Notes: a model not told the origin generated them from the letters alone. 63,985 nucleotides of DNA, filler included, from Octopus bimaculoides (GCF_001194135.2; 6 parts of 5 records of this genome joined end to end with filler, not necessarily neighbours in it), one strand, 5' to 3'. Shown: positions 23,207-38,244, counted from the first letter of the whole stretch. A program made the numbers and translations.

Positions 23207-24928
23207 TGTGTGTATATACATGCATACATATATATACATATATATATATACATACATACGTATACATACATATACATATATATATATACATATATATATA
23301 CACAGAAGTAATTATCTACGGTATATTAGGTTTTCTTTTCTAATGATAAGTTTGAAATTGGAGAGGGACTGTTTATAAAATGGGCCAGTGTTACTGAGTG
23401 TTTATATAACTTACGTCTCTACCGGTTACCTGCACAGCCAAAATATTCATTTCTAACCTTGCTTTATACTCACTTAGCAAACCGAAGCTAATTGTTTGGG
23501 AAAATCATTAAAGCACCAAAACAGCATGCTATAGGAAATGGTTATTGGCGCCTGATGTCTGACCTCAAATCCGCCGACGTCATCTTAAATTATCATCACT
23601 CTTGGTGCGGTAAAACAAATTATCAGCGTAATGCCCGGGTCAGTGGTGTTGGCTAAGATCAATTCCTTAAAAACTGCTGCTTTAGCAAATCTTATTCAGA
23701 ATTAAGCAAATCGCAGGTTGCAGCTTAGCAAACGAAAATTGCTTTTTATTTCCAGCAATGTCTCTTGTTCAGTTAAAAACATGGTTTGTGGTTTTACGGC
23801 CTTATCTAAAGGAATATTATAATAGTCAACAACTCTATCTTGTTAAAAAGGAAGGTTGAATATTGCAGCACTATCTCTCATACTAAAAAATAACTGCATC
23901 GGTTAACGTGAAATATTATCGGAGTGAGAGAAGGATAGTATGTGTAGATAAGTTTTTGAAAAGGTGCTTGTATAGAGATAAAAACGATAAAAGCAGGCGC
24001 AGCAGCTATGGCACATTAACATTAAACTTGTCATTTTGAAATCTAGCGACTTTAACCCTTTGTGGCTTTATGAAAGCACCAAACGATAGCGAGTTTGCTA
24101 CATGATCTGATGGTATATAAATAGAGATTATCTACTATAGCATCGCAAAAAAAGTATTGAAGCAATATTATAATATGACACTTGATAGGAGATGAACTTT
24201 GGCGTATTCAGCTGAATTATAATTTTTTTTATTTTTCCTCTTGTCATATCAGTGAATAGATATCAAACGAAAACTTTTGATTAGAATGAAAAAAAAAAAA
24301 AAAAGAATTCCAAACAAAAATAAAAGCAAAACCACATTAACTTGAAATGAAATGTGATTTTTCTTAATGCATCATTACTTCCGTTTTGGATGTGTATATA
24401 TTTGTACATCGATAGATTTATTATGAGACTGGTGTATTTGTAAAGTAGATTTTTCTCTCCCTTAATTAGATACCATATAACACACTTCAAAAGCAGACAT
24501 CACGAGCTGCGTTAAGAAAAAGTACCATTAACATTTACGTCTGGATGGAAGACAATGGCAGTCGTTAAACATATGGAGTAAATAAAAAAAAAATGTAATG
24601 TTATTTTGGATCAATATAAGTAAGACAGCACTTGGAGTTCGAGCCTGAGAACCAGCTTAGAGTCTTAATTAGAGTACTTACTGTTTTTTCTTAATAATTA
24701 ACATACATGTAAATTGTATTCTCCAGCATAAGCGTATGTGAAAAGTTATTTTTCTAAGCAGATCTCAAGTGTAAATGAAATCAGTCCCATATATCAAATA
24801 TTAATAATCTGTTGTCTTAAAAACTAAAAGCCTGTCTGTCTTGTTTCATACGTTAATACCAACAAACCTCTCTATGTACGTCCTTCCCTCACTCTCACTC
24901 ACTATATATACATTCTATATTATATACA

Positions 24929-24979
<51 letters not shown>

Positions 24980-25157
24980 TATATGCATAGACTTATGTAC
25001 ACGCATGTATTCACACATATTTGTACATATACATATATCACATTTATTTATGTCAATTATTCATATTAAATGTTTTAGAATTCATCAATACACACACACG
25101 CACAGGCATATACATATATACATACATACATACATACATATATACATACATATATAT

Positions 25158-25193
<36 letters not shown>

Positions 25194-28112
25194 GTGTGTG
25201 CGCGCGTATTTATACAATAGTCATTCAAAGCTGTATATACTTCATATATATCCCTGAGTGGTAATGTAACTACCTGCAATCAAAATAAAGATCAAAGTTC
25301 AACATTAGATATGAATAGAATTTTTCTCTTCTTTTCTGAAAGGTTACTTGTATCGTCAGCTGAGTGAACTGTTTCCTTCGCTCATAAAATTTTGCTTCGC
25401 CTTTAGTAATTACATAGAATACCTTTGTGAGTTGGGTTACATTTTAACTCGATCATTTCGGATGATAGCTGGCTAATATATTTGACTAATTACTTTATAA
25501 CTCACCAATTATGATTTACAGATTTATCTTATATATTGTATTTCGTTAAATAATATTTGTATGGTGTGAAGTAGTCCTTCAATCCTCATGTTCACGTATT
25601 TGTAGAGAATACATCAATAAATTGACCTGGCACTGAAAGATAAATGCTGCAGTATATTCTGGCCTTAGCAAATATGTATGTTCAAAGTTGAACACATTTG
25701 ATAGCCGATGTCTTATCGTTTGACAAAAATATATTATGTCTGCACTGTTTGAAAATCATTACCTATTTACAAAATGTATTTTACACTATTAGTTATCTCC
25801 CAGTGATCGGTTAATGGCGATAAGCAATTTAACGATTCATTCTGTCTATGATGAAGACTCGCTTCCCAGTGATATATTTGATTGCTCATACATTAGGTGA
25901 AAACTTAGTCCTTGCAAGCTGTTTCTGTTAGTGCCCAAGCACATACATTTCCACCTGATTAATGTTGAATTATAGCTTACGTTTCATTATATATGCGTGT
26001 ATTTGTGCTCTTTGTTTGTTCGCACGCGTGCAAGTGTGATAGCACCTAACCTACCTGAACTCCCGACTATATCGTTGTGGGTTTGATTCCTGTAACGAGT
26101 CATGCGTTGTTTCCCTTAGCAAGGGAGTCATTTAATGTTGCTTCACTTTCCGCAGCTGAAATGACTAACAGCCACTTTTTGCTCCTCTTCTCATATCTTG
26201 AAAGGTCTGCTTGACCAAGAGTGCTTGTACCACGATAGTGTTCTAACTCATGATAACATAGGCACGCAAAACAACTTGCCGATGTATAGTACTGGTTAGC
26301 AATCCGTACTAACGTGCAACTGGCTTCTATAGCGGTTCTCGATGCATTTTCTTTATGCAGAGAAGCCTATTCAGTTCTTTGTGTAGCGAAAATTCTCTCA
26401 AAGAAAGAAGTCTTTTCACGATCGCAACCCTTCCATAGACATTTTGTTTTATTTATTCAATGCAATACTTGCAAAGTAAGGTATTTTCTTTTGCGATCCA
26501 TGATCGTATGCCTTTTAAGAGTATTGATTTTCTAAAAAAAATACACGTAAAGCTATACAGTGTCGGGATATAGTCGATTATAATGACGTCAGCACTTAAT
26601 GAAAGCCCAACTTTAAGCTGTCAAGATTTAAATTCAGAATGTTGACGGTTGTAACGAAATACTGCTGACTACTTTGAGCGATGCACCAACGAGTCTAAAA
26701 TTCCACAAGTCACAAAGCTTCTAAGAATATCAAAATTTAATCGTAAAGCAAATTTAATTAAAGTATTTGTTTCTTATTTACACACAAGATTTACAATTTT
26801 AAGGGTGTTTGTTTTGCTGATCTCATCGCCACTGGTACTTGACTGGTACTTAGCTTTATCGATCTTGAAGGCATAGAAGACACAAGTGATCTTCACGGAA
26901 TTGCAATTCAAAATTTATACTTGGAACATATATTATCCCAATTCAATTTTTCCCATTCTCTAACGATTCTCCCTCTCTATTAGTGCAGGAATTGACAGAA
27001 TCACGAGAATGTTGGACAAAATGTCATGCTATAATTCCGCCGGCAAGTTGCCTTCTGAGTTCGATCCCGTAGATTGAACATTCCCTTTCGGGATTGGTAC
27101 TGGGTTCTATGGCATTAGTTCGGGATCGATGCTGGGAACTATGGCATTAGTTCCTACTGATGAAAACTTACTGGCCTCGTGCTTAATTCGAAAACCAATT
27201 CAAAGTATTTTTCAGTCTCTATTTATTAAAACCAATTACGTTTTTGTAATCGCATTTCTTTTCATTGGAGAAATGCGGGGCACCGCACTAAATGTCTTCA
27301 GGGTTCCCAGAATTCATTCTCAGAATATTTCGAACTGAAAACATTGCATCATATTAACATTTAAAAAAATCTCTTTGATGATCGATTCCATCAAATATAA
27401 CCCTATTTAGTGATATTGTGGAGTTTAGTAATACGAAAAGTGAAATCAATTATATTTCTTCTCTACACAAAGGGATATTGAGAGGTTTTATGAATTTAAA
27501 TAAAAAATAACGAATTATTGCTGTAAACGTATAATTATTCAATAATCAAACTATTTATGATGAAAGAAAACATCCAGTCAATGAGTAAAATAACTCCTTT
27601 CATATAATAACAATGATGTAATCTAAAAGCGACAATTACTTAAAATCCTTTAGAACAGTATTTGTTTTTTTTTTGGGGGGGGGGCATTTAACAATTTTTT
27701 TATTTGTTATTATTAAACACGAAGCCAAATTGGTGGTGGAATTATTCATATCCAATGCATCATTTGTACATATTTATTAACTTCGGAACGATGAAAGGAA
27801 TGCTCTAATGGAAAAGCGACTATTTAGACTTGTGATTGTTTATGTTTGTTCTTTTGTATTATTGGTTTATAGCCAATGCGACAATATCACATTCTCTCTG
27901 TTCTTCAAATTTAGATGAACGAAAAGGGCTCGAATTATTAGCAACTTACTACTTCCATCGTTAAAACTGAGATTCTTGCAATCTAGAATTTTCTGATGAA
28001 TTAATTGCTGCCAGTATACGCTTCCTTGTTGACAGGAATTTTGTATTTGCCATCCTGCTTATATTTGTTGGTTAACGCTACTAACAAAACTTTAATATGA
28101 TTCGCTGTGTAC

Positions 28113-28126
28113 GTCTCCATAGCAAC
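28113..28126. promoter_or_regulatory. RFX X-box-like motif GTCTCCATAGCAAC
   Basis: Fits GTHNYY-AT-RRNAAC exactly, with a strong TAGCAAC half-site. Confidence 0.4.
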
Positions 28127-28274
28127 AAGAGGAAGAATATCTCTAACGCTTAGACGAGACAACGAGAGAGATCCACTTAAACTGCAACAAATCAACCGGC
28201 GAATTCACCCTCAGATTACATCCTTGAAATGTTAAGAAAAGGATGACGTTGATCTAAATTCAGCAAAGTACAGG

Positions 28275-28319
28275 ATGGCTATTTTGCGCAACACCCAGCT
28301 CAATCAAAGCCGATCAACG
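28275..28319 (+). CDS. candidate first coding exon [15 protein letters not shown] (unknown gene)
   Basis: Kozak-like aggATGG, upstream in-frame stop, donor ACG|GTAAGA, 150 bp downstream of the X-box; no homology recognised. Confidence 0.2.
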
Positions 28320-28454
28320 GTAAGAGAAACGTATTGTTATGTGTTGAAACTTTCAGGAACAAAATGAACTGAAAATGAATTATACAATAATACAATGTTA
28401 TCGTTTGAAACTCATAGTCTTTGATATATATATATATGTGCATATATGTATGTA

Positions 28455-28539
<85 letters not shown>

Positions 28540-28723
28540 ATATGTATATATATATATATATATGTATATATATGTGTGTGTGTATATATATGTATATATA
28601 TGTGTATATATATGTGTGTGTATATATATGTATATACATACATACACGCACATACATATATATATGTGTATGTGAGTGTATATATATATATATACATAGA
28701 TAAACACAGACACACACACACAG

Positions 28724-28755
<32 letters not shown>

Positions 28756-29371
28756 GTGTCTGTATATAGGCAATACTCTGACTAATAAATTGATTACGTT
28801 ACCTTTACAGAAATACTGACAATTCAGCCTACAAAAACTTCATATCAGATGGGAAACGAGTCTTTGATGCAGGGTCTTTTGAAGTTCATTGATGTTAGAT
28901 TAATGTTATCAGCTTCTTCGTTTTCTAGAAGTAAATGAGAAAAGGATTCTGATAAACACAGGAAAAATTTTTATATTTATGTTCATAGTAGAAATTATTC
29001 AGGAATATATGATAAACAAAACAAACAGGTAAAAAAAAAAAATCATTTCATTTAAAAGTTTTTTAAATATTCTTTAATTCCTTTGTGTAAATTTTTCAAA
29101 CAGTTCTATAAAACTTTTTGAAAAGGGTACTTCTGAGGAACATAAGCATTGTTTTAAAAATAGAAGGTGGGGTGTTAATTGTAAAAGTAGATACATTGAA
29201 AATATCAATAAAAAGATAAAACGTAATTTACTTTTATCAAATAATAGCCCCATATCTAAATGTGGCTTAAACAAACTGTCTTGTGAAAGATTATACTGTA
29301 TAGCATATAAAACGGAATAAGACTTTTAGATTTCTTGCATTATCTTTAATTCTTTTCCGTTTATAAACTCA

Positions 29372-29424
<53 letters not shown>

Positions 29425-30642
29425 GATAAGTTATTTTATTGTTTAGTCAATACTAAACAATGAATCTCGTTTGCAGAAGCTTCATAGTATGACTAGATTG
29501 CCGGCAGAATTTGTTACAGGAATAAAAAATATGTGGCGATGGATCTCAGGAATTCGTCCAACTGAATTATCTGCTTTTGGATTAACGCATGAGCGACTGA
29601 TTACTCCTCTGATATGTGAACGCTTAATGTAATTCCCAAGACGAATGCACGTGGCACAATGTATGTGACAAAGTTGTACTTTTCGAACTACAAGTATGAT
29701 TCATCCGACTCGTTTCTTTACAATTTCCATCTCCCTAATTTCACACACACACACACACTATGAGCCTATCCATCAGATTTCTGAATATTGCTCAATGATA
29801 ATTTTAAAAACAATTTCGGTTTTTTCTTCTGTATTTTTGCTCGTTTCATAAGTCATTTCCAATATGACTGAAATTATTTTACTTAACTAGGACAGGTTAT
29901 GTAATACATTACAATTTCTATTTTGCAGTTTATGTCAGCGTTTGGCCTCATTAGAATTTAGTCTCACAAATAGGACCTCCATAGCTCTACTTTTCTCTAT
30001 TACATGTCCCCAGATTGCTAATTCTACAAGTTTTTACAGAAATATTTCGAATTTATTTTCTATTGGTTGAGGTCTTCTGCTGATATTTGAGATTTCTAAG
30101 GCTAAATCTTTCTTTGCATTTGGAGCGGGCTTGCTACATTTACCACAATTGTATAAACATGTTTGATACTGTTGATGAGCATTGTTGAAAAGCGTAATAT
30201 CCAGTTCGTAAGCACATATATATATCTGTGTGTATAAGAATTTAATTGGTCCTTTGTTTAATAAACAATAAAATCTGACATCAACACCAAACAAGAGCTA
30301 TATGTTGCTATGTTAGTTTTAATGCACTAATCTCTGTTCGTCGGACCTTCCTCCAGCTACATATCTGGGAAGATCGGACTTGCAATCGTTCTTTTGGTGA
30401 TAAAAGCTGTTGAATAATGGAAATATTTAAATATACCAAAATACTAAAATATTCTATTCTGTTCTGTTTTTTTTCTATTCACACCCCACTCTCCACTCTC
30501 TTTCTCGATCACATTTAGTAACTTGCTGTCAGAAGTAAACTATATTACTTTACTACTTACATACGCATACATACACATGCACATGTATTATATACACTAA
30601 TGCATAGATCTGGATAGCTTCGTACACTCACACACACTCATG

Positions 30643-30693
<51 letters not shown>

Positions 30694-30757
30694 NNNNNNN
30701 NNNNNNNNNNNNNNNNNNNNNNNNNNNNNNNNNNNNNNNNNNNNNNNNNNNNNNNNN

Positions 30758-30822
<65 letters not shown>

Positions 30823-31257
30823 TATAGATGCATGCATTCTTATATTTATATATACATATATGTATATTCGTATGTGTAGATGTGTATGCGTCGGCGTGTA
30901 TGTATAGAATCCAGCGATTACATTTCATGGATTCAGGTTTCATGTTACGGAATATTTTCCGAACAACAAACGTCATGTATAGCTCTCATTACTATAGAAT
31001 GATTTATAATGGGCGACATAACTTCCAGTCATGTGTGACGGAATAAGTTAAGGAAAATAGCACAACTTATTACGTATTAATTATTGTTTTGGGCGACTTA
31101 ATTCTCTTCTGATCAATGAATACTGAAATGGAAATTGTTTTTTCCTTTTCCATTCAAATATTTCGAAAACGTGACTATATATAATTAAAGTGTAATCAGT
31201 TGAGTTCTGTTTAACAATGTAAACTAGCAATATATCACTGGGAGTTTGAAACACTAT

Positions 31258-31378
<121 letters not shown>

Positions 31379-32851
31379 GTATATATATAATTTGGCAAAA
31401 AAAAGAAAATGACAATCCCGAAATACAGCAATATATATAATTTGCAAATTCAACTGTAGTAAGGGATATACTGTACAAGGGAAGATTTCCTTCGCACGTT
31501 CTCAGAATAGTCAATAAAATGGGATACGCAATACCTTGGCATTTAACTGATAATTTACATAGAGAGAGTGACAAATGTTTTGAGCAGTATTCACTGGGTG
31601 ATTGCAGGAATAGAATGTTAATTTGAATCATGGGCTCAATGCGTTTGAAACACTCTCTGAGTGTCTTTGTATGAATGCGTAGGTGTGAATGCATTATACA
31701 TGTATGAGCTTCGAACCTAGACAATGAGCCTTAATGAGATGGTCCCGTTTATTAGTCTGTAACCTATCTGGAAAAGCAGAAACCTATATTACCAGCAACC
31801 GCTTCTTGGTTCACGTGCAGCAACCAATTGCGCAAATCCTTCTTCATTTTTTTATGCAAGAACAATTACAGTCTTCGCGAGTCTCAGCAACAGCCTGATT
31901 CCGATTTCGGTGAGTTTCGAATTACAACGAAACATTACCCCTATGAATCCTTTGTCTCTACTAGATGTAGTCGGTATAGTGCGATATGTACTCTCCACGT
32001 GATTTTGCATCGGATGAAGAATAAATGTTAATCTTCTTTTAAGGAGTCTGTCTTTCAAATTGTCAATCAACAATGGATTCTGCATTTATTTATAGAGGAA
32101 CATCCGGGCATATGTATAACAGCGCTATTCTACAATAACATCTGAAATGGTTCATCAATTGTCTACAGTAATATTTTAGATACACATATACACAACATAG
32201 ATACACGAACGCATTACATCTCTGCCCCATTCCCCTAATCTATTTTCGGCTGTCTGTCATTCTGTCTTTATCTCTCTTTCCACATACACGCGCGCGCACA
32301 CATATAACCGTACACATACACGCACGTGTATGCACCCATGCTTGCCCACTTACAAACACACACAAATATATACACATGCATACATGCACAACACACGTGT
32401 AGCTCTATATAAGACTAAGAATCATAAAGATTACTGATGCGGAAGATTCCGAATATCTTGCAACGGATTTGAGCGTATAACCCAAGAGCGTTGATCAGCT
32501 GGTTCAATATATTATCTCCATGGTGACGTACTTCTGAATGGAAGGATATAAATCAATTTAATTTTCTTCCGTTTAACTCTATTCCCGGATTTTCATGCCT
32601 CAGGAATTGGTCGATTATCTCAAACGTTAAATCAAATCTGTTTTGCAATATCTATTGATTAAAATCTGTTCCATCATATCTCTTTCTCACAGATCTTACG
32701 TGAGAACTGCTTCAATTATATAATTTCAGATCTGAGAGTTTCGTTTGAAACCTGCTATCATAGAATCGTATAGACGCAAACGAAACTTAGAGTAACGACA
32801 AATGGATATTTCAAGTGCGAATACGTACACGTATATACATGTATATATATA

Positions 32852-32946
<95 letters not shown>

Positions 32947-33124
32947 ATGCTTTTTTTTGCTGTGCTTTCTGTTGTGTATGTACATACACAACAGAATAAC
33001 ACAATTCATACATGTCAACTTGTATCCCTTATACTGTCACATGAAAAAAGTAGGCCAGCTGCAGAAAAATTGTAATAGCATTGATACTAACGCAGTAGAT
33101 AGTTTAAAGAAATAAAGAGAAAAG

Positions 33125-33321
33125 CTAACAATTCCAAATCTAAATTTTGGGACAAGGCCAGCAATATTCAAGGAGGGTTACGTCCATTGTATCGTCTCCA
33201 GGGCTCAATTAGTACTTAGCTTATCGACACTGAAAGGAATTTGAACTCAGAACGTAGTGGCGGGCGAAATACCACTAAGCATTTCACCTGGCTTGCTAAC
33301 GTTTCTGCCAGCCCGCCGCCT
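33125..33321 (-). mobile_element. SINE family C
   Basis: ggaatttgaactcagaacgtag..ctaagcatttc..gctaacgtttctgccagcccgccgcc. Confidence 0.88.
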
Positions 33322-33348
33322 TAAATAATAATAATAATAATAATAATA

Positions 33349-34153
33349 ACTAGCAGAGATAACCGGCTTTGATCTGAATTAGAATGGCATAGATTTTATT
33401 GTTTTACTCGTACTTGTTTCAGTCATGTGACTGCGGCAATGCTGGAGCACCGCCATTGGACGAAGAAATCAACCACAGTATTTATTCTTTGTAAGCCTAG
33501 TACTCATTCTGTCAGTGTCTTTCACCAAACCGCTAGGTTACGGAATGTAAAGACACACGTTCCCAGAGTATATAGATCTTAGGAGGAAATGCTAATACTA
33601 AAATCGTGAAACATGTTACGTAATAACAGGCTAATCAGATATGAGATAATAACAATTCAAAGTGATCAACTGTGAAAAAGGCTTTTTGTGCGTTTCCAAA
33701 GAATAATACCTTCAGCAGCGCTAGTGTTGGTATATTCGTGACTTAGTCACTAACCGAAATATGTGAATCTATTGTTTAGAAGAATACTATTTGCTTGTTT
33801 AAGCGTTGGATTGGATAAATTGAGAAAATAGCTAAAATAGTTCAAATACTAAGAAATAAGCATATTGAAAATGGATGGGTTATTTCCATTGGTGATTATT
33901 TCCAGGAGGGCATGGGTTATTTCCCTTGGAAGCTTAAAAATAATTACTTCCACCGTTCACTCACACCCAAATGTTATTCCTCCCGCCGTTTACCGAAACA
34001 TTTTTTCGAAATCAATTTATGCTTAAAACCTCCCCAGACACATGAGCAATGTGCGTGTGCAGTTGAAGAAAAATCGGTCGGGCCGTTTTGACGCAAAACG
34101 AGGACATACCGATACACACACAGACACAGACTTTTTCAGTTTTAATATGTAAG

Positions 34154-34155
<2 letters not shown>
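33349..34155. mobile_element. possible non-autonomous Helitron/Helentron-type (Lep1/HINE-like) element containing a SINE A fragment
   Basis: Starts actagcagagataaccggc; ends aatcggtcgggccgttttgac..acacagacacagactttttcagttttaatatgtaagat; both ends lie in (TAA)n. Confidence 0.45.
33398..33558 (-). mobile_element. SINE family A, 3' part
   Basis: cttgtttcagtcatgtgactgcggcaatgctggagcaccgcc..ttattctttgtaagcctagtact is the reverse complement of the family tail. Confidence 0.88.
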
Positions 34156-34194
<39 letters not shown>

Positions 34195-34470
34195 CTTTTC
34201 TACTGTAGGCGCAAGTCCAGAAATTTGAGAGGTGGCGAGGGTTAATCGATCACATCGACCCTAATTATGCTTTCAAATTTTTGGCACAAAGCCTGCAAGT
34301 TCGGGGTAGAGGATGAGTCGATTACACCGCCCCCAGTGCTCGACTTGTACTTATTTCATCGACTGCGAAAGGATGAAAGGCAAATCGGCCTCTGTGGAAT
34401 TTGAATTCAGAACATAAATCCGGAAGAAATGTCGCAAAACATCTTTCCCGGAACGTAAAGAAAGTAACAG
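34195..34470 (-). mobile_element. SINE family C, composite with a duplicated tail
   Basis: Two successive tail motifs (aatcgatcacatcgacc; gtcgattacaccgccccc) followed by ggaatttgaattcagaac. Confidence 0.8.
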
Positions 34471-34499
34471 AAATGGAGCTAAGTATTTTTCTGAATCGC

Positions 34500-35050
34500 C
34501 AATGATTCACCCGGCTTATTCTTTTTCTTTTAAAGTTTGTTAAGATTTTTTTAGTCTCCTTCATGACTGAATGAAGCTTTTTACGATTTTCAATGAGATT
34601 TAACATCAAGTCATATGTTGTTTCAATATATTTGACCATTCCAGTTGTGGTGGTTTTTTGAGAGAGTTCAACTTGGATCAATCTACGACCTTCTTAGCCT
34701 CTGGGAAAGTAAAGACGAGTTATATCTGTCTGTAGATGGTGTATCTTATTACAAGCCAGTAGCTTACGGATTTTCCCATCAATCTTCTTTAATTCACTGA
34801 TATTCCAGTTCAACACAAGCACTGTATTGTAACTGAAATTTATGGCTAACACCTGGTTACGTGCATTAAACACAAATTTCAGAACTGCTCGAATTCTCCT
34901 ATAACATTCCTTTCTGAGCTTCTCTTTCATGTACGCATGCTGAAGGCCAGAGCCCTCATTCATTCCTTGGTACTTGCAAGATTGTTCATATTTGTAACTA
35001 TTTCAAATTCTAACAACACTGAACTCCAAGTCTTTAATTTCCCTTTCTGA
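34500..35050 (-). mobile_element. Dong/R4-clade LINE fragment, post-RT region
   Basis: SYKY..GMNEGSGLQHAYMKEKLRKECYRRIRAVLK..NARNQVLAIN..NWNISELKKIDGKIRKLL..IHHLQTDITRLYFPRG, typical of the R4/Dong thumb region. Confidence 0.85.
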
Positions 35051-35093
35051 AAATGTCCTTATCAATACTGTTGTTGTTGTTTTTATATACGAA

Positions 35094-35138
<45 letters not shown>

Positions 35139-35659
35139 ATTTATATACGACCCACTACTTAATATACTCTTCCTCTTAAACTCCTCCACTGAACTTTTTT
35201 CCTCGCGACACTCTTCCGCTTCTCGCTACTTTACATTTAATATTTGAATAAATCATGTGAATGCATCGGCGAAAACCGGAACCTCCCAAGACTTGGTGTT
35301 CTATCTATTTTCAGGCACCTATACTCAATTCCACGAATAGAAATTTTACTCTATTTTTTCCTTATTTCTTAGTTTTTATAGTCTATCTTTACAAAATTAA
35401 TAAAATACGCACCCTATTACCTTACAAAATACTAATAAATTTCAGTCAAGTAAAAGATAACAAAAGAAGAAATAAAAAAAAGAAAAAGAAAACGCCTTAT
35501 AATGTCATTTTGACAAACTTTTTCATTCCATTTCTTTACACTTTTTCGTTTCTTTATATTCTCAATCGATGCTGAACCAATTTTAGACGAGGAATTACAG
35601 CACTAATTTAAGGAATACTGCACATAACCAGATTTTGGAAATAAATTCTTATGCATTAA

Positions 35660-35880
35660 AAGGAATTATTTTTAGACACGTTGCAATGATTGCTGCTGAT
35701 GCTCTTGTTGTTGTTGCTGTTGTTTTTGTTGATCTGATATAATTAACATTTCCATCATCTCTGTGTCAACATTGTCATGATGATGATGATGAATGATGAT
35801 GATCATCATCGACATCATAGCCGTCATCATCACCTGCAGCAGCGGTGGCAACAACAACATCTTCACCATCACCATATCCT
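35660..35880. repeat. mosaic trinucleotide low-complexity tract (TTG/GAT/CAT/CAA)
   Basis: Direct inspection. Confidence 0.85.
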
Positions 35881-36117
35881 TTTCCCGATCTCTTTCAATA
35901 TCGCACTCTCTTAAACAGACATAAGTAACTTCGTACCAATGCAGTACATCATCACCAGTAACGCCTGCGCGTTACTGGATATATACATCAAGAGTGAACT
36001 TATTTAGCTTTTTACAGAAGAATTCATTTAATGCTAGCAGTCGTTAGTAAAGGTTTTTGATATGATCGATGTTCGAAGTTAACAAAGATGATTACGAACT
36101 GTTCTGAGAGATATCCT

Positions 36118-36154
<37 letters not shown>

Positions 36155-36324
36155 NNNNNNNNNNNNNNNNNNNNNNNNNNNNNNNNNNNNNNNNNNNNTT
36201 AATTAATTAANNNNNNNNNNNNNNNNNNNNNNNNNNNNNNNNNNNNNNNNNNNNAAAAATTAACACCAAATATACAGTGCGTGTGTTTTTATTGGCTAAA
36301 CTGGCAATATGACCATCCCCAAGT

Positions 36325-36367
<43 letters not shown>

Positions 36368-37085
36368 CACACACAAATATATATATGTTAATATATGTGT
36401 ATTCGTATGTGTGCAATGTTGCAATTTTGCTTATAAAAGTTTATAATATCTAAAGCATAAGATATTTATAACACCCTCCCTCATTTAAAATAGCCAGTAT
36501 TCAAAACCATTCCTCTTGCTCAATTGAAAATGCTTGGATGCAACCATTGAACACACACCACAGAACTTAATCTACGTATGACCATTAAATCCATGTAATT
36601 TTAACTCTGATAAATTTAACTCTGATCCCAAACAAGAATATAAAACCAACATAATTTCCTAAACTAAATATCGTTAATTTAAGTAGATGATAGCTATCTA
36701 ACTTGAAATAAATGAAGACATCTAACCAAGCAGAACAACATCTTCTTTAATCTCATATTCCTTTCCGGAAATCCGTATACGTTCATTTTTTGCTTCTCCT
36801 CTCTCACTATTTATTTTATTACTTTGTATTCTTTCTCCCCCACAAGTCATTATATTTACTCACCCTATTATATGCTTCAAAAACATATCATTATACATTG
36901 ATTACTTTGAAACCACTTTCCCCAACTCACAGAATTAACCAAAATAATTATAAAGACGCTTAGAAAGCAATATTTTGCAGTCTCATGAAGGCAACTATAA
37001 GGCAACTTCTAAATCACTGTCAAAAGGGAGAAAGAGGGGAAAATAGGGAACAGGGCAATCAATTGTCCTGCTCCTTGTCTACCTC

Positions 37086-37116
<31 letters not shown>

Positions 37117-37419
37117 CTCAAAAACAAAATTTTCTCTTATCCTAAACAAAACAAGAAAACATCCGCTTTTTGATTCATATAAAAAACGATGCAACGTTCT
37201 GATTTTATTATTTTGGTTTAATTCTTCTGGAAGAGTTCGGTTAAACGAGTGAAAGCGCTTATAAAGAATCATCGAAAATTCTGACTGTCTCCTTTTTCTT
37301 GATATACAATATCTGTATACCACTTCAAACACTCTATACATACATACATACATACATACATACATACATACACATATATATGTATATACATATATATGTA
37401 TATACATATATAACTTAAA

Positions 37420-37830
37420 TTTGATAACTTTGATAGGTTTCGGCCAGTATAGGGCCATACCATATCTAACTTAATAGCACCACCTCGTGAAGTCTTTTAG
37501 TCATATGTGGGGCACCATGGCCCACTCTAGCAAAGAGTTATAATTGTTGGAGACATATCCGGTTGTAGGAGGTTGGTCCGGTATTCTTTGAAGAATTTGT
37601 CCAGTGAACATTTGAATTTTATGGGATCCGTTTCCGTTTTGACGTATTTTGGTATGGTATTAAAGAGAGCTGGACCGGTTGAGGTAAAGTAATTGTGACG
37701 TAATGTTGCTATGTGTCCTGAGTTCGATTTTTGTAGTGGGCAGATAGCACGGGGGCCAAGTCTTGGGTGAATTTTAAAATTGATGCCAACATCATTTGTG
37801 CAATATTGATGGAATAGTTTCCACATCGCA
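37420..37830 (-). mobile_element. CR1/L2-group LINE 3' end
   Basis: MWKLFHQYCTNDVGINFKIHPRLGPRA..TLRHNYFTSTGPALFNTIPKYVK..FKCSLDKF (the GP.LFN.LP...FK..LD.F C-terminal motif) plus a 3' UTR. Confidence 0.82.
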
Positions 37831-37837
37831 CAAATGA

Positions 37838-37911
<74 letters not shown>

Positions 37912-38244
37912 GTATGTTTTCACCATAGTGTTTCAAATACTGTATTTAGGCCGGTAGAAACGTTCAACGCTATTGATGGAAACTTTTGATGATGAAAAGA
38001 CCTGATATCTGAGCTGTTGATAAATGGAACTTTTGTAAGTTTACAGTAATTTTTGTGTGAGCTAGGCAGCAACGCTGCTGGCTGGAGACATGATCACTGA
38101 GTCGGTCAATAAGCTGCTGATTAAGGCCATACATGGATCGATGACTTCATAAGTGGACTGCTGCTTCGTTAGTGGTTCTGCTGTCTATCGCTTCTATGTC
38201 GTTAGTGTGCTGTTCATCGTTCCAATAATAAACATATACATTCT

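Noticed and set aside
35672-35875. Poly-His/poly-Gln ORF suggesting a transcription-factor exon
   Set aside because: Mosaic trinucleotide decay with a frame-disrupting indel in the (GAT)n run; no domain or splice support.
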